Positions 1-12,202 of a stretch of 64,000 bases of DNA are shown one piece after another. The notes beneath the pieces were generated by a model. That model ran no database searches. It was not told the origin of the DNA and was given only the letters and a program-made list of their open reading frames with translations. This DNA is from an uncultured Gemmatimonadota bacterium (lineage in GTDB: Bacteria; JAAXHH01). The translations under genes were made by a program, and so were the position numbers. The stretch spans positions 22,133-86,132 of the forward strand of contig CAZQGS010000026.1 in the NCBI GenBank assembly GCA_964593235.1, given 5' to 3'. The number at the start of each line of letters is the position of its first letter. The stretch's first letter is position 1.

Positions 1-314
1 ATGATATTTCCATTGAAATGAATGGGGTATCGCTACAATCCTTTGGGTCTCAGGGGCAGCATAAGACAGCTGCTACAGCCCTTAAATTGGCAGAAGCGCA
101 CTTTCTCTGCCATCAGGGGCAGGCCCCACCCTTGTTGTTGTTGGATGATATATTTGCAGAAATTGATATAGCAAGGACTTGGCGACTCATGGAAATGATC
201 CCCGAATATGGCCAGACCTTTATTACAACGGCAAAGGAAGGTGATCTTGGGGGGTTTTGCCAGGACGTTACACGGTTTCGAGTTAGTGATGGTGTGGTGG
301 CCCCATATAGTTAA
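1..314 (+). CDS. recF: DNA replication/repair protein RecF, C-terminal fragment (5' end lies upstream of window)
   Basis: Frame is open from position 3 to the stop at 312-314. Translation ...SQGQHKTAATALKLAEA...PPLLLLDDIFAEID matches the RecF ABC-type signature and Walker B/D-loop region. Position immediately upstream of DUF721 and gyrB is the canonical dnaA-dnaN-recF-gyrB context. Confidence 0.85.
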   Translation, partial: DISIEMNGVSLQSFGSQGQHKTAATALKLAEAHFLCHQGQAPPLLLLDDIFAEIDIARTWRLMEMIPEYGQTFITTAKEGDLGGFCQDVTRFRVSDGVVAPYS

Positions 315-317
315 AGG

Positions 318-3013
<2,696 letters not shown>

Positions 3014-3085
3014 TCAATTGCCAACTGGGAGTCTAAAATTTATGGAAACGCCAAATTTATGGCATAACACGTTCAAGGGGAAAGT

Positions 3086-5569
3086 ATGGCGGTAGAACAA
3101 CACGATAATATTCAGCCCATTTTTATCGAAGACGAAATGAAAAGTTCTTATCTCGACTTCTCCATGAGCGTAAATCTGTCTCGGGCGATTCCAGATGTAC
3201 GGGACGGATTCAAGCCATCACAACGGCGTATACTTGTGGCGATGCGTGATCTGAACCTTACACCCAGCAGGCCCACCCGTAAATGCGCCAAAATCGTCGG
3301 GCAAACAATAGGTGATTACCATCCACATGGTGATCTTGCTGTTTATGATACCCTAGCTCGGATGGCACAGCCTTTTAGTATGCGCTATCCGATGGTTTTT
3401 GGCCAAGGGAATTTCGGGTCCATAGATGGCGATCCACCAGGAGCTATGCGTTACACTGAATCTAGAATGTCCCGTTTGGCTATTGAAATGATGGAGGATA
3501 TTGACAAAAACACAGTTAATTTCATGCCTAATTATGATGAATCTAAAGATGAGCCTACGGTATTGCCGGGGAAGTTTCCTAATCTTCTTTGTAACGGGTC
3601 TCTTGGTATCGGTGTTGGCATGGCTTCTAGTTTACCTTCTCATAATCTTAGTGAGGTAGTAGATGGAATTGTTGGGGTAATAGAAAATCCTGAGATATCG
3701 ATAGATGAAATCGCTGAGAAAATAAAAGGACCAGATTTTGCTACAGGAGCTATAATTTATGGTCGGAATGCAATACAAGAATACTTCAATACTGGTCGTG
3801 GCAAGGTTAAGGTCCGTGCAAGAACCCAAATCGAAACTCACGAACAAAACGAAAAAGAAACAATCGTCATAACCGAGATTCCTTATAAAGTTAACAAATC
3901 AACTCTGATTGAAAAAATTGCTGATCTAGTTCGTGAAAAGCAAATACTGGGAATTACAGATATCAGAGATGAGTCTGATCGATCTGGCCTCCGAATTGCT
4001 ATAGATGTACGAAGGGATATTCCAGCCAACATTATACTAAATCATCTTTTCAAAATGACTCCTCTCGAAACAACTATTGGGGTCACAATGTTGGCTTTGG
4101 TTGATGGTCGACCTAGGGTATTAAATATTAAGGAATGTATTCAACACTTTATTGACCACCGCCATGAAGTATTAGTCAGGCGTACATCTTTCGACCTTGA
4201 GAAAGCCGAACAACGTGCTCACATTGTTGAAGGTTTAAGGGTGGCTCTGGATAATGTGGATCGTGTTATCGAGATATTGCGAAGTTCTCAGACCGGCGAG
4301 GAAGCTATGACAGTTCTTTTGAGCGAATTTGGATTGTCACGGGCTCAGGTAGAAGCAATTCTAGATATGCGACTTCAGCGATTGACAGGTTTAGAAAGAA
4401 ATAAACTAGAGGACGAATACAATGAACTTGTCGCTCAAATTAGTGATTTCAAGGATATTCTATCTCAGTTGCCCCGCCGGATGCAAATTATAAAAGAAGA
4501 GATGATTGAACTTAAAGAAAAATATGGCGATGATAGAAGAACCGAATTAATCGATATAGAAGGTGATCTAAGTATTGAAGACTTAATAGCAGATGAGGAA
4601 ATGGTTATAACCATTTCTCACGCTGGTTACATCAAACGGATCCCCATGGATACTTATACGAGCCAAAATCGTGGTGGTAAGGGTATTACAGGAATGAAAA
4701 CGCGCGATGAAGATTTTGTAGAGCACCTGTTTTCTGCATCAACTCATTCGTATATACTGTTCTTTACAAACCGTGGTAAATGCTACTGGCTGAAGGTTTG
4801 GGAGATACCAGAAGCTGGACGAACTGCCCGTGGCAAAGCGATGGTGAATTTACTTGAACTTGGTCAGGGGGAAAGTATAGCAGCTTTCCTTCCAATTCGG
4901 ACCTTCGATGACGAACATTATATTATGATGGTTACACGAGGCGGGCTTGTGAAAAAGACCGTTCTTTCGGCTTATGGAAATCCTCGAAAGAACGGGATTG
5001 TTGCTTTGAATATCCTCGAAGGAGATGCACTTATCGAAGCATTATTAACTAGTGGAGATAATGACATTGTTATTGCTAGCCGTAATGGCCAAGCTGTTCG
5101 ATTCCACGAGGCTGATGTTCGGACAATGGGAAGAGGTGCCCAAGGTGTTAGGGGCATCCGGCTTGCAGAGGGAGATAGAGTCGTTGGAATGCTAGCTTCT
5201 GATCGGGATGCTACCTTGCTTTCCGTTACTGAAAATGGATATGGTAAAAGAACAGATATCGAAAATTATCGCTTAACCCGAAGAGCAAGCAAGGGCGTTA
5301 GTAACATCCGAACCAGTGAGCGGAATGGATTGGTCGTATCGATCCATGCAGTTGCTGACAAAGATGAACTTATGATCATTACTATGAATGGTCTGATTAT
5401 CCGTCTTTCAGTCAGTGACTTACGTCCTATAGGTAGAAATACCCAAGGTGTTAAATTGATAAACCTTGGTGAGGGAGACCGAGTAATAGATATTTCTAAG
5501 ATTACGCCCAATGAAGAAGAAAAATCAGAAGACATAGAAAACACTAATTCGTCAGAGCAAGCAGACTAA
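3086..5569 (+). CDS. gyrA: DNA gyrase subunit A
   Basis: 827 aa. N-terminal RAIPDVRDGFKPSQRRIL, QRDR-equivalent region, active-site Tyr context (AMRYTESRM), C-terminal beta-pinwheel repeats, acidic tail. Confidence 0.97.
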   Translation: MAVEQHDNIQPIFIEDEMKSSYLDFSMSVNLSRAIPDVRDGFKPSQRRILVAMRDLNLTPSRPTRKCAKIVGQTIGDYHPHGDLAVYDTLARMAQPFSMRYPMVFGQGNFGSIDGDPPGAMRYTESRMSRLAIEMMEDIDKNTVNFMPNYDESKDEPTVLPGKFPNLLCNGSLGIGVGMASSLPSHNLSEVVDGIVGVIENPEISIDEIAEKIKGPDFATGAIIYGRNAIQEYFNTGRGKVKVRARTQIETHEQNEKETIVITEIPYKVNKSTLIEKIADLVREKQILGITDIRDESDRSGLRIAIDVRRDIPANIILNHLFKMTPLETTIGVTMLALVDGRPRVLNIKECIQHFIDHRHEVLVRRTSFDLEKAEQRAHIVEGLRVALDNVDRVIEILRSSQTGEEAMTVLLSEFGLSRAQVEAILDMRLQRLTGLERNKLEDEYNELVAQISDFKDILSQLPRRMQIIKEEMIELKEKYGDDRRTELIDIEGDLSIEDLIADEEMVITISHAGYIKRIPMDTYTSQNRGGKGITGMKTRDEDFVEHLFSASTHSYILFFTNRGKCYWLKVWEIPEAGRTARGKAMVNLLELGQGESIAAFLPIRTFDDEHYIMMVTRGGLVKKTVLSAYGNPRKNGIVALNILEGDALIEALLTSGDNDIVIASRNGQAVRFHEADVRTMGRGAQGVRGIRLAEGDRVVGMLASDRDATLLSVTENGYGKRTDIENYRLTRRASKGVSNIRTSERNGLVVSIHAVADKDELMIITMNGLIIRLSVSDLRPIGRNTQGVKLINLGEGDRVIDISKITPNEEEKSEDIENTNSSEQAD

Positions 5570-5588
5570 GCGAAATAATAAAAAGCCC

Positions 5589-5616
5589 TTGACACAGTTG
5601 CCTCGAGCAATATATT
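5589..5616 (+). promoter_or_regulatory. sigma70-like promoter for lysW (TTGACA 5589-5594, 16-nt spacer, TATATT 5611-5616)
   Basis: Near-consensus -35/-10 hexamers about 65 nt upstream of the lysW ATG. A GGGAGG Shine-Dalgarno at 5670-5675 precedes the ATG at 5681. Confidence 0.5.
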
Positions 5617-5680
5617 GCGTCCGTTCTTACTCAGGAGACTTTGCAAAACCATCGATGATATAGCATAAAGGGAGGAAATT

Positions 5681-5845
5681 ATGGGAGCCTGCCCGGAATG
5701 TGGTGCTGCGACAAACTTAAATGATGATGTTGTGGAAGGCGAAATAATAGAGTGTGAAGAATGTGGAGCAGAACTTGAGGTAGTAAGTATAAATCCCCTG
5801 GAACTTGCGTTGGCGCCTGAAGAGGAAGAAGACTGGGGAGAATAA
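5681..5845 (+). CDS. lysW: LysW amino-group carrier protein (alpha-aminoadipate/glutamate carrier), 54 aa; below ORF-track size cutoff
   Basis: Translation [54 protein letters not shown]. It has the N-terminal CPxCG...CExCG zinc-ribbon and the acidic tail ending in the diagnostic EDWGE C-terminus, whose terminal Glu is the substrate attachment site in LysW. Strong SD, and lysX/Y/Z/J/K homologues lie immediately downstream. Confidence 0.9.
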   Translation: MGACPECGAATNLNDDVVEGEIIECEECGAELEVVSINPLELALAPEEEEDWGE

Positions 5846-5899
5846 TTTTTGGTTTGTAATAGATTAACTTCGTTTTCAGAAGGAACAAGAGAGATTGAA

Positions 5900-5977
5900 A
5901 TGAGCAAACGAATGAAACATAAACATGAAAATCATGATTGTGATTTACGTTTGTCCGCTCATCACAGTCCAGGTTAG
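5900..5977 (+). other. Candidate 25-codon leader mini-ORF (MSKRMKHKHENHDCDLRLSAHHSPG) between lysW and lysX
   Basis: ATG preceded by a purine-rich GAGAG. 5 His and 3 Lys codons in 25. Its stop codon lies inside a CCAGGTT/AACCTGG hairpin (5969-5998), just upstream of a strong terminator. Could be chance. Confidence 0.25.
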
Positions 5978-6015
5978 TTCAAGAAACGGAAAACCTGGAT
6001 AAAAAGGAACTGATA

Positions 6016-6066
6016 GGAGCCGCGTTCCTCTTCAGATTTGAGCGAAGAGGCCGGCTCCTTTTTTAT
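6016..6066 (+). terminator. Intrinsic terminator/attenuator hairpin between lysW and lysX
   Basis: GGAGCCG..TTCCTCTTC / GAAGAGG..CGGCTCC form a 14-bp interrupted stem (6016-6058) followed by TTTTTTATGTTGTT. Confidence 0.7.
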
Positions 6067-6094
6067 GTTGTTAATCGGGGATAGGGTCAAATAA

Positions 6095-6946
6095 ATGGAA
6101 ATAGGTATTGTATTGTCAAGGATCCGTAAGGATGAGAAACGACTGATTTCAGAGGCTAGTCATCGAGGATTCGGTGTTACAACTATTGACAACACTCAAC
6201 AGGTATTCAAACTGAATAGTTGTCCTGACAGTTTTGATGTAGTGCTAGAACGTTGTGTAGATCACCATAGGGCGGTTTATGTGCTAAGCTTATTCGACTA
6301 TTGGGGGATACCAACAGTGAACCAACAGTCCGTTGTTGAAACTTACGGAAATCGTTTGTTGACAAATCTGGCATTAAAAGACAATGGAGTACCTTTTCCT
6401 GAAGTCAGGTTAGCTTATACGCCAGGGTCTGCCTTAGAAGCTATGGAAACTATTGGATACCCTATTGTACTGAGGCCGGTTGAGGGATCAGGGAATCAAC
6501 TAGTCTCTCGTATCCAAGAAAAACATACGGCAGCCACTATCCTAGAGCATAAGAGGATTTTGGGTACCTATCATCATTCAATATTTTTTATTCAAAAATA
6601 TATTGAAAGCCCAGGCCATGATATCCGCGCATTCGTTGTTGGTGATCAAACAGTCGCTGCCATATCCGTATTAACCCACCACTGGATAGGATCAATTGCT
6701 GACGGTGGTCTAGTAGAGAACGAACCGGTTACAGAAGAATTAAATCAAATTGCTGTTTCTGCTGTTAAGGCTATTGGTGGGGGCATAGCTGTTGTTGATA
6801 TGATCCGTACAAAAACCCAGTGGTATGTTCAAGAGATGGGCCCACCAACAGGGCTGTCTGAAGCATCTGATGTTACGGGAGTTAATATACCCCAGAAAAT
6901 CATTGAATATGTGGCTAATATTGTGGAACAAGGAGGGAAAGTATAA
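6095..6946 (+). CDS. lysX: LysW--substrate ligase, ATP-grasp RimK/LysX family (LysX or ArgX paralogue 1)
   Basis: 283 aa, RimK-type ATP-grasp fold ([21 protein letters not shown]..., [10 protein letters not shown]). First enzyme gene after lysW. The stop overlaps the start of the next paralogue. Confidence 0.8.
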   Translation: MEIGIVLSRIRKDEKRLISEASHRGFGVTTIDNTQQVFKLNSCPDSFDVVLERCVDHHRAVYVLSLFDYWGIPTVNQQSVVETYGNRLLTNLALKDNGVPFPEVRLAYTPGSALEAMETIGYPIVLRPVEGSGNQLVSRIQEKHTAATILEHKRILGTYHHSIFFIQKYIESPGHDIRAFVVGDQTVAAISVLTHHWIGSIADGGLVENEPVTEELNQIAVSAVKAIGGGIAVVDMIRTKTQWYVQEMGPPTGLSEASDVTGVNIPQKIIEYVANIVEQGGKV

Positions 6947-7785
6947 TGAAGATAGGCATGTTACTTTCTATTGTTTCCAAAGAACAGAAAATGTTATTTG
7001 AAGCTGCTAGCAAACGTGGTGTTTGTTTCGAAAGATTGGATGACCGGCGCCTCATATTTGACCTTGAGAATCAAAAGTATAATCATGATGTGATTCTTGA
7101 AAGGTGCATCAATCACTCAAGAGCCCTCTATTCTTTAAGAATACTTAATGCTAGCGGCATTAAAACTGTTAATTCGTATGATGTAGCGCGTATCTGTGGA
7201 AACAAATTTTTGACAACGATGGCATTGGTTAATAACAATGTTCCGACACCCAAGGCTTGTGTTGCTTTTACGGCGGAGTCTGCCCTTGATGCTATAGAAT
7301 CTATGGGATACCCAGTTGTGCTCAAACCACCCATAGGTTCCTGGGGTCGCCTAATCGCGCGGATTAATGACCGTAATGCAGCAGAATCGGTGCTCGAACA
7401 TAAGGAGACATTAGGATCTTTTCATCATTCAGTGTTTTACATTCAGGAGTACGTTGATAAACCAGGACGGGATATACGTTCCTTCGTAATTGACGGGCAG
7501 ACTATTTGTGCTATTTATCGTTATTCCGATCATTGGAAAACTAATACTGCTCTGGGAGGAACAGTAGCTGCTTGCCCAGTAGATGGAGATGTAGGAAAAT
7601 TGTCTATTCAGGCTGCCGAGGCAGTGGGCGGGGATGTTGTAGCTGTAGACCTGCTGGAATCTCCAGATGGTATAGTTGTCAACGAAGTTAATTATACAAT
7701 GGAATTTCGGAACAGTATACAACCTACCGGGGTAGATATTCCGGGACGAATTATCGATTATTTGATAAAGGTAGCTCAATCATGA
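6946..7785 (+). CDS. Second ATP-grasp LysX/ArgX-family ligase (paralogue 2)
   Basis: 279 aa, colinear with the previous protein ([21 protein letters not shown]..., [10 protein letters not shown]). Tandem duplicate. Two ligases with a single Z/Y/J/K set resembles the LysX+ArgX architecture. Confidence 0.8.
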   Translation: MKIGMLLSIVSKEQKMLFEAASKRGVCFERLDDRRLIFDLENQKYNHDVILERCINHSRALYSLRILNASGIKTVNSYDVARICGNKFLTTMALVNNNVPTPKACVAFTAESALDAIESMGYPVVLKPPIGSWGRLIARINDRNAAESVLEHKETLGSFHHSVFYIQEYVDKPGRDIRSFVIDGQTICAIYRYSDHWKTNTALGGTVAACPVDGDVGKLSIQAAEAVGGDVVAVDLLESPDGIVVNEVNYTMEFRNSIQPTGVDIPGRIIDYLIKVAQS

Positions 7786-8825
7786 TTAAAGTCTCTATCG
7801 TTGGTGCTTCTGGATACGGCGGCGGAGAGTTGTTACGTCTTCTTCTTGCTCACTCTGAAATAGAGATTCAGCAGGTTACTTCTGAATCGTTAGTTGGTAA
7901 ACCTGTTGGACGTTCTCATCCAAATCTACGTAGGCTTACTGACCTAAAATTCCATGCTATGGATGATTTAAAACCCTGTGACGTTATTTTTCTATGCCTA
8001 CCGCATGGGGAAGCTATGAAACAATGGGACTCGCTGTCTGGTCTTGCTGATCGTGTTATTGATCTAAGTGCCGATTTTCGCCTTCGCAATCCATTGGACT
8101 ACCCAATTTGGTACGGGCATGAACATACCAAGCCGGGAGTATTGAATCACTTTGTGTATGGTTTAGCCGAATTATACCGAGAAGAAATTAGGAATGCTGA
8201 ATTTGTGGCCTGTACGGGATGCTTAGCTGCTACAGCCATCCTATCTTTGGCGCCTTTGGTCAAGACTGGTAGTATCGATCCTTCAAGGTTATTTTTGGAA
8301 GGGAAAATTGGTTCGTCAGCAGGTGGTAATAAATCAGATCACTCCACTCACCATCCCGAGCGGAGTGGCTCTGTACGATCATTCAAGCCAACAGGCCATA
8401 GGCACACAGCGGAAGTAATACAGGAGTTAACTGTCGATGGGCAGGTTCCCCAGGTCCATTTTTCTGCGACAGCAATAGAAATGGTGCGAGGAATCCTGAT
8501 GACAAGCCATGTTTTTGTAGATAAGGATTTATCCGAAAGAGAAATTTGGGAGATTTACAGAGAAGTTTACGAAAACGAGCCTTTTATTCGTATTATTAAA
8601 GAACGGAATGGTATTTACCGATATCCCGATCCAAAAATCCTCTCAGGTACTAATTTTTGTGATATTGGATTTGAACGAGATAAGCACAGTGATCGTTTAG
8701 TAGTCCTAGGTGCCTTAGATAACCTAGTTAAAGGAGCTGCTGGACAGGCTGTTCAGGCTATTAATATAATGCATGGATGGGATGAGCAGACAGGTTTACA
8801 ATTTCCTGGGTTGCACCCTATATAG
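7782..8825 (+). CDS. lysY: [LysW]-aminoadipyl/glutamyl-phosphate reductase (ArgC/LysY family)
   Basis: 347 aa. [24 protein letters not shown](P)-binding N-terminus. A Cys is present in the region ([17 protein letters not shown]) where ArgC/LysY carry their catalytic Cys. ArgC-like C-terminus. Overlaps the upstream gene by 4 nt. Confidence 0.85.
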   Translation: MIKVSIVGASGYGGGELLRLLLAHSEIEIQQVTSESLVGKPVGRSHPNLRRLTDLKFHAMDDLKPCDVIFLCLPHGEAMKQWDSLSGLADRVIDLSADFRLRNPLDYPIWYGHEHTKPGVLNHFVYGLAELYREEIRNAEFVACTGCLAATAILSLAPLVKTGSIDPSRLFLEGKIGSSAGGNKSDHSTHHPERSGSVRSFKPTGHRHTAEVIQELTVDGQVPQVHFSATAIEMVRGILMTSHVFVDKDLSEREIWEIYREVYENEPFIRIIKERNGIYRYPDPKILSGTNFCDIGFERDKHSDRLVVLGALDNLVKGAAGQAVQAINIMHGWDEQTGLQFPGLHPI

Positions 8826-8831
8826 GAATTC

Positions 8832-10100
8832 ATGATGAACTACAAAGCACCTAGAGGCACCTACGATATCTTGCCCGAAGATCAATCCTATTGGCGTTAC
8901 GTGATCGAAACAACACATCGTGTTTGCCGGCTTTATGGTTACGAGCAAATAGATGTTCCAATATTCGAGCAGACGAACCTCTTCAAAAGGAGCGTTGGTG
9001 AATCCACAGATATTGTAGAAAAAGAGATGTATACCTTTGTTGATCGTAGTGATGAGAGTATGACTTTGCGTCCTGAATTAACTGCGGGCATCTGCCGAGC
9101 CTATGTTGAACGTAAACTTCATGGGCGGCCACAACCGTTAAAGTTTTTTACGATTGGCCCGGCGTTTAGGTATGAACGTCCTCAGGCTGGTCGTTATCGT
9201 CAGTTCTATCAGCTAGACGTTGAGGCTTTAGGTAGCCAGGATCCAGCTATAGACATAGAGATTATGCAAGTGGCATGGCAGATTTACGAGGAAATTGGTT
9301 TAGGTGGATTATCTTTCCAAGTTAATAGTACCGGATGTCCCGAATGCCGTCCAGGATATCTTAGCCTTCTTAAAGAATGGTACGAATCCCGTATATCAGG
9401 TCTTTGTCAAGACTGCCAGCGACGCTACGGACAGAATCTACTCAGATTGTTAGATTGTAAAAATGAAGCCTGCCGAGAAATATCTGATAGAGCTCCGAAG
9501 ATTACCGCTGCATTATGTGGCGACTGTGGCAATCATTTTGAAGAATTGAGATCTTATTTGGATATATTGAAACGTCCGTATGAGGTTAATCATCGGCTTG
9601 TTCGAGGATTAGACTACTATACAAAGACGGTATTTGAAGTCTGGGCCTCTGGCATTGGTGCTCAAAATGCGGTAAGTGGAGGTGGACGTTATGACGGCTT
9701 AGTTAAAGTGATAGGCGGTCCCGAAACCCCAGCAATAGGTTTTGCTTCGGGGATAGAACGTATTATCCTCGCAATGAAACAAGAAGGTATTATTCCTCCG
9801 GAACTGGCTAACCCAAAAGTTTTTATCGCTTACATTGGAACGGCTGCAAAATCAGCTGCTGTCCTTTTAGTGCAGGAACTTCGAAGTGGAGGAATCAGTG
9901 TGGCTGCTCTTTGGGATGATCGTAGTCTAAAATCTCAAATGAAGCAGGCAGATCGGGTTGGAGCAACATACACTGTAATCATAGGTAATAATGAAATAAC
10001 AAGTGGCAAATATATATTGCGAAGGATGGGAGAAAGCGCCCAGATTGTTTTAAGTCCTTCGGAAATTTTGCCAAGGTTAAAAGATGGAGATTTCTCATGA
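8832..10100 (+). CDS. hisS: Histidyl-tRNA synthetase (class II), embedded in the lys operon
   Basis: 422 aa. HisRS signature PRGTYDILPED near the N-terminus, class II motifs (TLRPELTAG, FRYERPQAGRYRQFYQ), HisRS-specific Cys-rich insertion, C-terminal anticodon-binding domain. Its stop overlaps the lysZ start (ATGA). Confidence 0.85.
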   Translation: MMNYKAPRGTYDILPEDQSYWRYVIETTHRVCRLYGYEQIDVPIFEQTNLFKRSVGESTDIVEKEMYTFVDRSDESMTLRPELTAGICRAYVERKLHGRPQPLKFFTIGPAFRYERPQAGRYRQFYQLDVEALGSQDPAIDIEIMQVAWQIYEEIGLGGLSFQVNSTGCPECRPGYLSLLKEWYESRISGLCQDCQRRYGQNLLRLLDCKNEACREISDRAPKITAALCGDCGNHFEELRSYLDILKRPYEVNHRLVRGLDYYTKTVFEVWASGIGAQNAVSGGGRYDGLVKVIGGPETPAIGFASGIERIILAMKQEGIIPPELANPKVFIAYIGTAAKSAAVLLVQELRSGGISVAALWDDRSLKSQMKQADRVGATYTVIIGNNEITSGKYILRRMGESAQIVLSPSEILPRLKDGDFS

Positions 10101-10894
10101 TCGTGATCAAAACAGGAGGGAGTAGAGGTATTAATATTGATTACGTTCTTGCGGATCTTGCTTTTCAAACAGAGCCACTTGTGTTTTTGCATGGGGCGTC
10201 TGACGAATTAAATCAAATATCCGAGCGGCTAGGTAAACCTCCTCGAATGGTCACATCGCCTTCTGGGTACACCAGTAGGTACACCGACTCAGGAACCCTT
10301 GATATTTTTAATATGGTATACTGTGGTAAAATAAACACTCGTATCGTTGAAAAACTTCACCAACTGGGGGTTAATGCTGTTGGACTAAGTGGTGTTGATG
10401 GTAGACTTCTTGAGGGTAAAAGAAAATCTACTGTCCGTATCATTGAGGAAGGGAAGAAGAAACTGCTTAGAAATGATTTTACGGGGCGTGTTGAAAAGGC
10501 GAACGTAAATCTTCTTACACTTCTTCTTGGCCAAGGTTATCTACCAGTCGTCAGTCCTCCGGCTATTAGTTATGAAGGTGAAATTATCAATGTCGACGGC
10601 GATAGGGCTGCTGCCGTGATAGCAGAGGGACTCGGAGCTGATAGGTTAATTATACTCTCTAATACACCAGGTTTTCTGAAAGATGCGGATGCCGAAGAGA
10701 CCTTAATACCACGGCTTAACCGAGATGATATTGACGATGTGATAAGGAAATATGCAAGAGGCCGGATGAAGAAGAAACTACTGGGTGCTCGGGAAGCCCT
10801 AGAGGCAGGTGTGGGTACGGTGATTCTTGGTGATGGTCGTATACCCAATCCAGTTACATTAGCTTTGCAGGGTAAGGGCACCGTAATTACGTAG
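10097..10894 (+). CDS. lysZ: [LysW]-aminoadipate/glutamate kinase (ArgB/LysZ amino-acid kinase family)
   Basis: 265 aa. MIVIKTGGS opening and GASDEL..., VVSP..NVDGDRAAAVIAEGLGADRLIILSNTPG AAK-family motifs. Confidence 0.85.
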   Translation: MIVIKTGGSRGINIDYVLADLAFQTEPLVFLHGASDELNQISERLGKPPRMVTSPSGYTSRYTDSGTLDIFNMVYCGKINTRIVEKLHQLGVNAVGLSGVDGRLLEGKRKSTVRIIEEGKKKLLRNDFTGRVEKANVNLLTLLLGQGYLPVVSPPAISYEGEIINVDGDRAAAVIAEGLGADRLIILSNTPGFLKDADAEETLIPRLNRDDIDDVIRKYARGRMKKKLLGAREALEAGVGTVILGDGRIPNPVTLALQGKGTVIT

Positions 10895-10956
10895 GGAAAA
10901 TAAAAATTAATGGTTGTATAGCATAAAGATTGGGATGATAACAGGGGGCAAAAGCC

Positions 10957-12150
10957 ATGATACAGTACAAGGAGATGGAAGATAAAGTCTCTATGGGAAT
11001 TTTGCCAAAGAGAGACGTCGTAATTGTCCGTGGGAAAGGTACCAGATTATGGGATACCGAAGGCAAGGAGTATATTGATTGTGTAGGAGGACATGGGACA
11101 GCGAATATCGGTCATAATCATCCGGTTGTTGTAGAGGCGTTGGTTCGTCAGGCGGAGCAACTTATGATATGTCCCGATATGTTTTATAATAATGTAAGGG
11201 CCAAATTAGTAACAACATTAGCCCAAGTAGCTCCGGCAGGACTAGACCGTCTTTATTTGTGTAACTCAGGGACAGAAGCGGTGGAAGCAGCATTGAAATT
11301 CGCTCGTGTGGCAACTAAGAGAACAGGAGTGATCGCAGCGCAAAGAGGTTTTCACGGGCGGACTTTTGGAGCTCTAAGTGCAACCTGGAATCCTAAATAT
11401 CGAAAGCCATTTCAACCTCTTGTACCAGGTTTCTCTCACGTAAAGTATAACGACATGCAGGCGATTGATTCTGCTATAGATGATGGCACAGCCGCCGTTA
11501 TTTTAGAAGTAGTTCAGGGAGAAGGTGGTGTGCGCCTAGGTACCGAAAGCTACTTAAAGAAAGTGGAAGCCCTTTGCCGAAACCGGGGTTCATTATTGAT
11601 ATTAGATGAAGTGCAAACAGGTTTTGGCAGAACAGGTACTATGTTTGCCTGCCAGCACTACGATATACAGCCAGATATTATCTGCGTTGCTAAAGCAATG
11701 GCAGGTGGATTGCCAGTAGGAGCGGTCCTCTGTTCTGATTTGGTTAAAGAAATTCCAACGATGTCTCACGGTAACACCTTTGGTGGTAGCCCTATTGTCT
11801 GCGCGGCTGCTTTGGGTACGTTGAGTGTACTACAAAACTCAGGGATAATCCAAAATGCCCGAGAGATGGGGATCTATTTTAGAGAACGACTTGAAACACT
11901 AGACCTCAGGATTATCCGAGAGATTCGAGGTCTAGGCCTTATGATTGGACTAGAACTGAAAAGCCGAGTTTCACCGGTATTGAAAGGTCTTATGGACCAT
12001 GGTATATTAGCTTTGCCAGCAGGCAACACAGTACTACGTTTCTTGCCACCTCTATCAATAACAGCAGATGACATTGATCAGGTCGTAGATGCTCTAAAAA
12101 TAGTACTGAAGCCACTGGATAAAATTTCAACAGAAGAATCCACAGAATAA
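10957..12150 (+). CDS. lysJ: Class III PLP aminotransferase (ArgD/LysJ family)
   Basis: 397 aa. GTEAVEAALKFAR, DEVQTGFGRTG, PLP-Lys region (ICVAKAMAGGLP), SHGNTFGGSP. Confidence 0.85.
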   Translation: MIQYKEMEDKVSMGILPKRDVVIVRGKGTRLWDTEGKEYIDCVGGHGTANIGHNHPVVVEALVRQAEQLMICPDMFYNNVRAKLVTTLAQVAPAGLDRLYLCNSGTEAVEAALKFARVATKRTGVIAAQRGFHGRTFGALSATWNPKYRKPFQPLVPGFSHVKYNDMQAIDSAIDDGTAAVILEVVQGEGGVRLGTESYLKKVEALCRNRGSLLILDEVQTGFGRTGTMFACQHYDIQPDIICVAKAMAGGLPVGAVLCSDLVKEIPTMSHGNTFGGSPIVCAAALGTLSVLQNSGIIQNAREMGIYFRERLETLDLRIIREIRGLGLMIGLELKSRVSPVLKGLMDHGILALPAGNTVLRFLPPLSITADDIDQVVDALKIVLKPLDKISTEESTE

Positions 12151-12202
12151 CTAGGATTAGACTGTTCTGTAGGTAAAGATCAATTTAGGGTAGGGAATAT
12201 AA

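Noticed and set aside
3632-5907. Minus-strand ORFs inside gyrA and across the lysW region (3632..3847, 4972..5157, 5266..5544, 5566..5907, 5679..5888)
   Set aside because: They are antisense to gyrA or to the clearly coding lysW. 5566..5907 and 5679..5888 overlap the lysW promoter and lysW itself on the opposite strand, and have no support.
6095-7785. Reading the two ATP-grasp genes as RimK (ribosomal protein S6 modification)
   Set aside because: They sit immediately downstream of a bona fide lysW and upstream of lysY/Z/J/K with overlapping stops and starts. That context fits LysX/ArgX.
8832-10100. Possibility that the HisRS-like ORF is HisZ (ATP-PRT regulatory subunit) rather than a synthetase
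   Set aside because: HisZ lacks the C-terminal anticodon-binding domain. This protein has a full ~100-aa C-terminal alpha/beta anticodon-binding domain and intact class II motifs.
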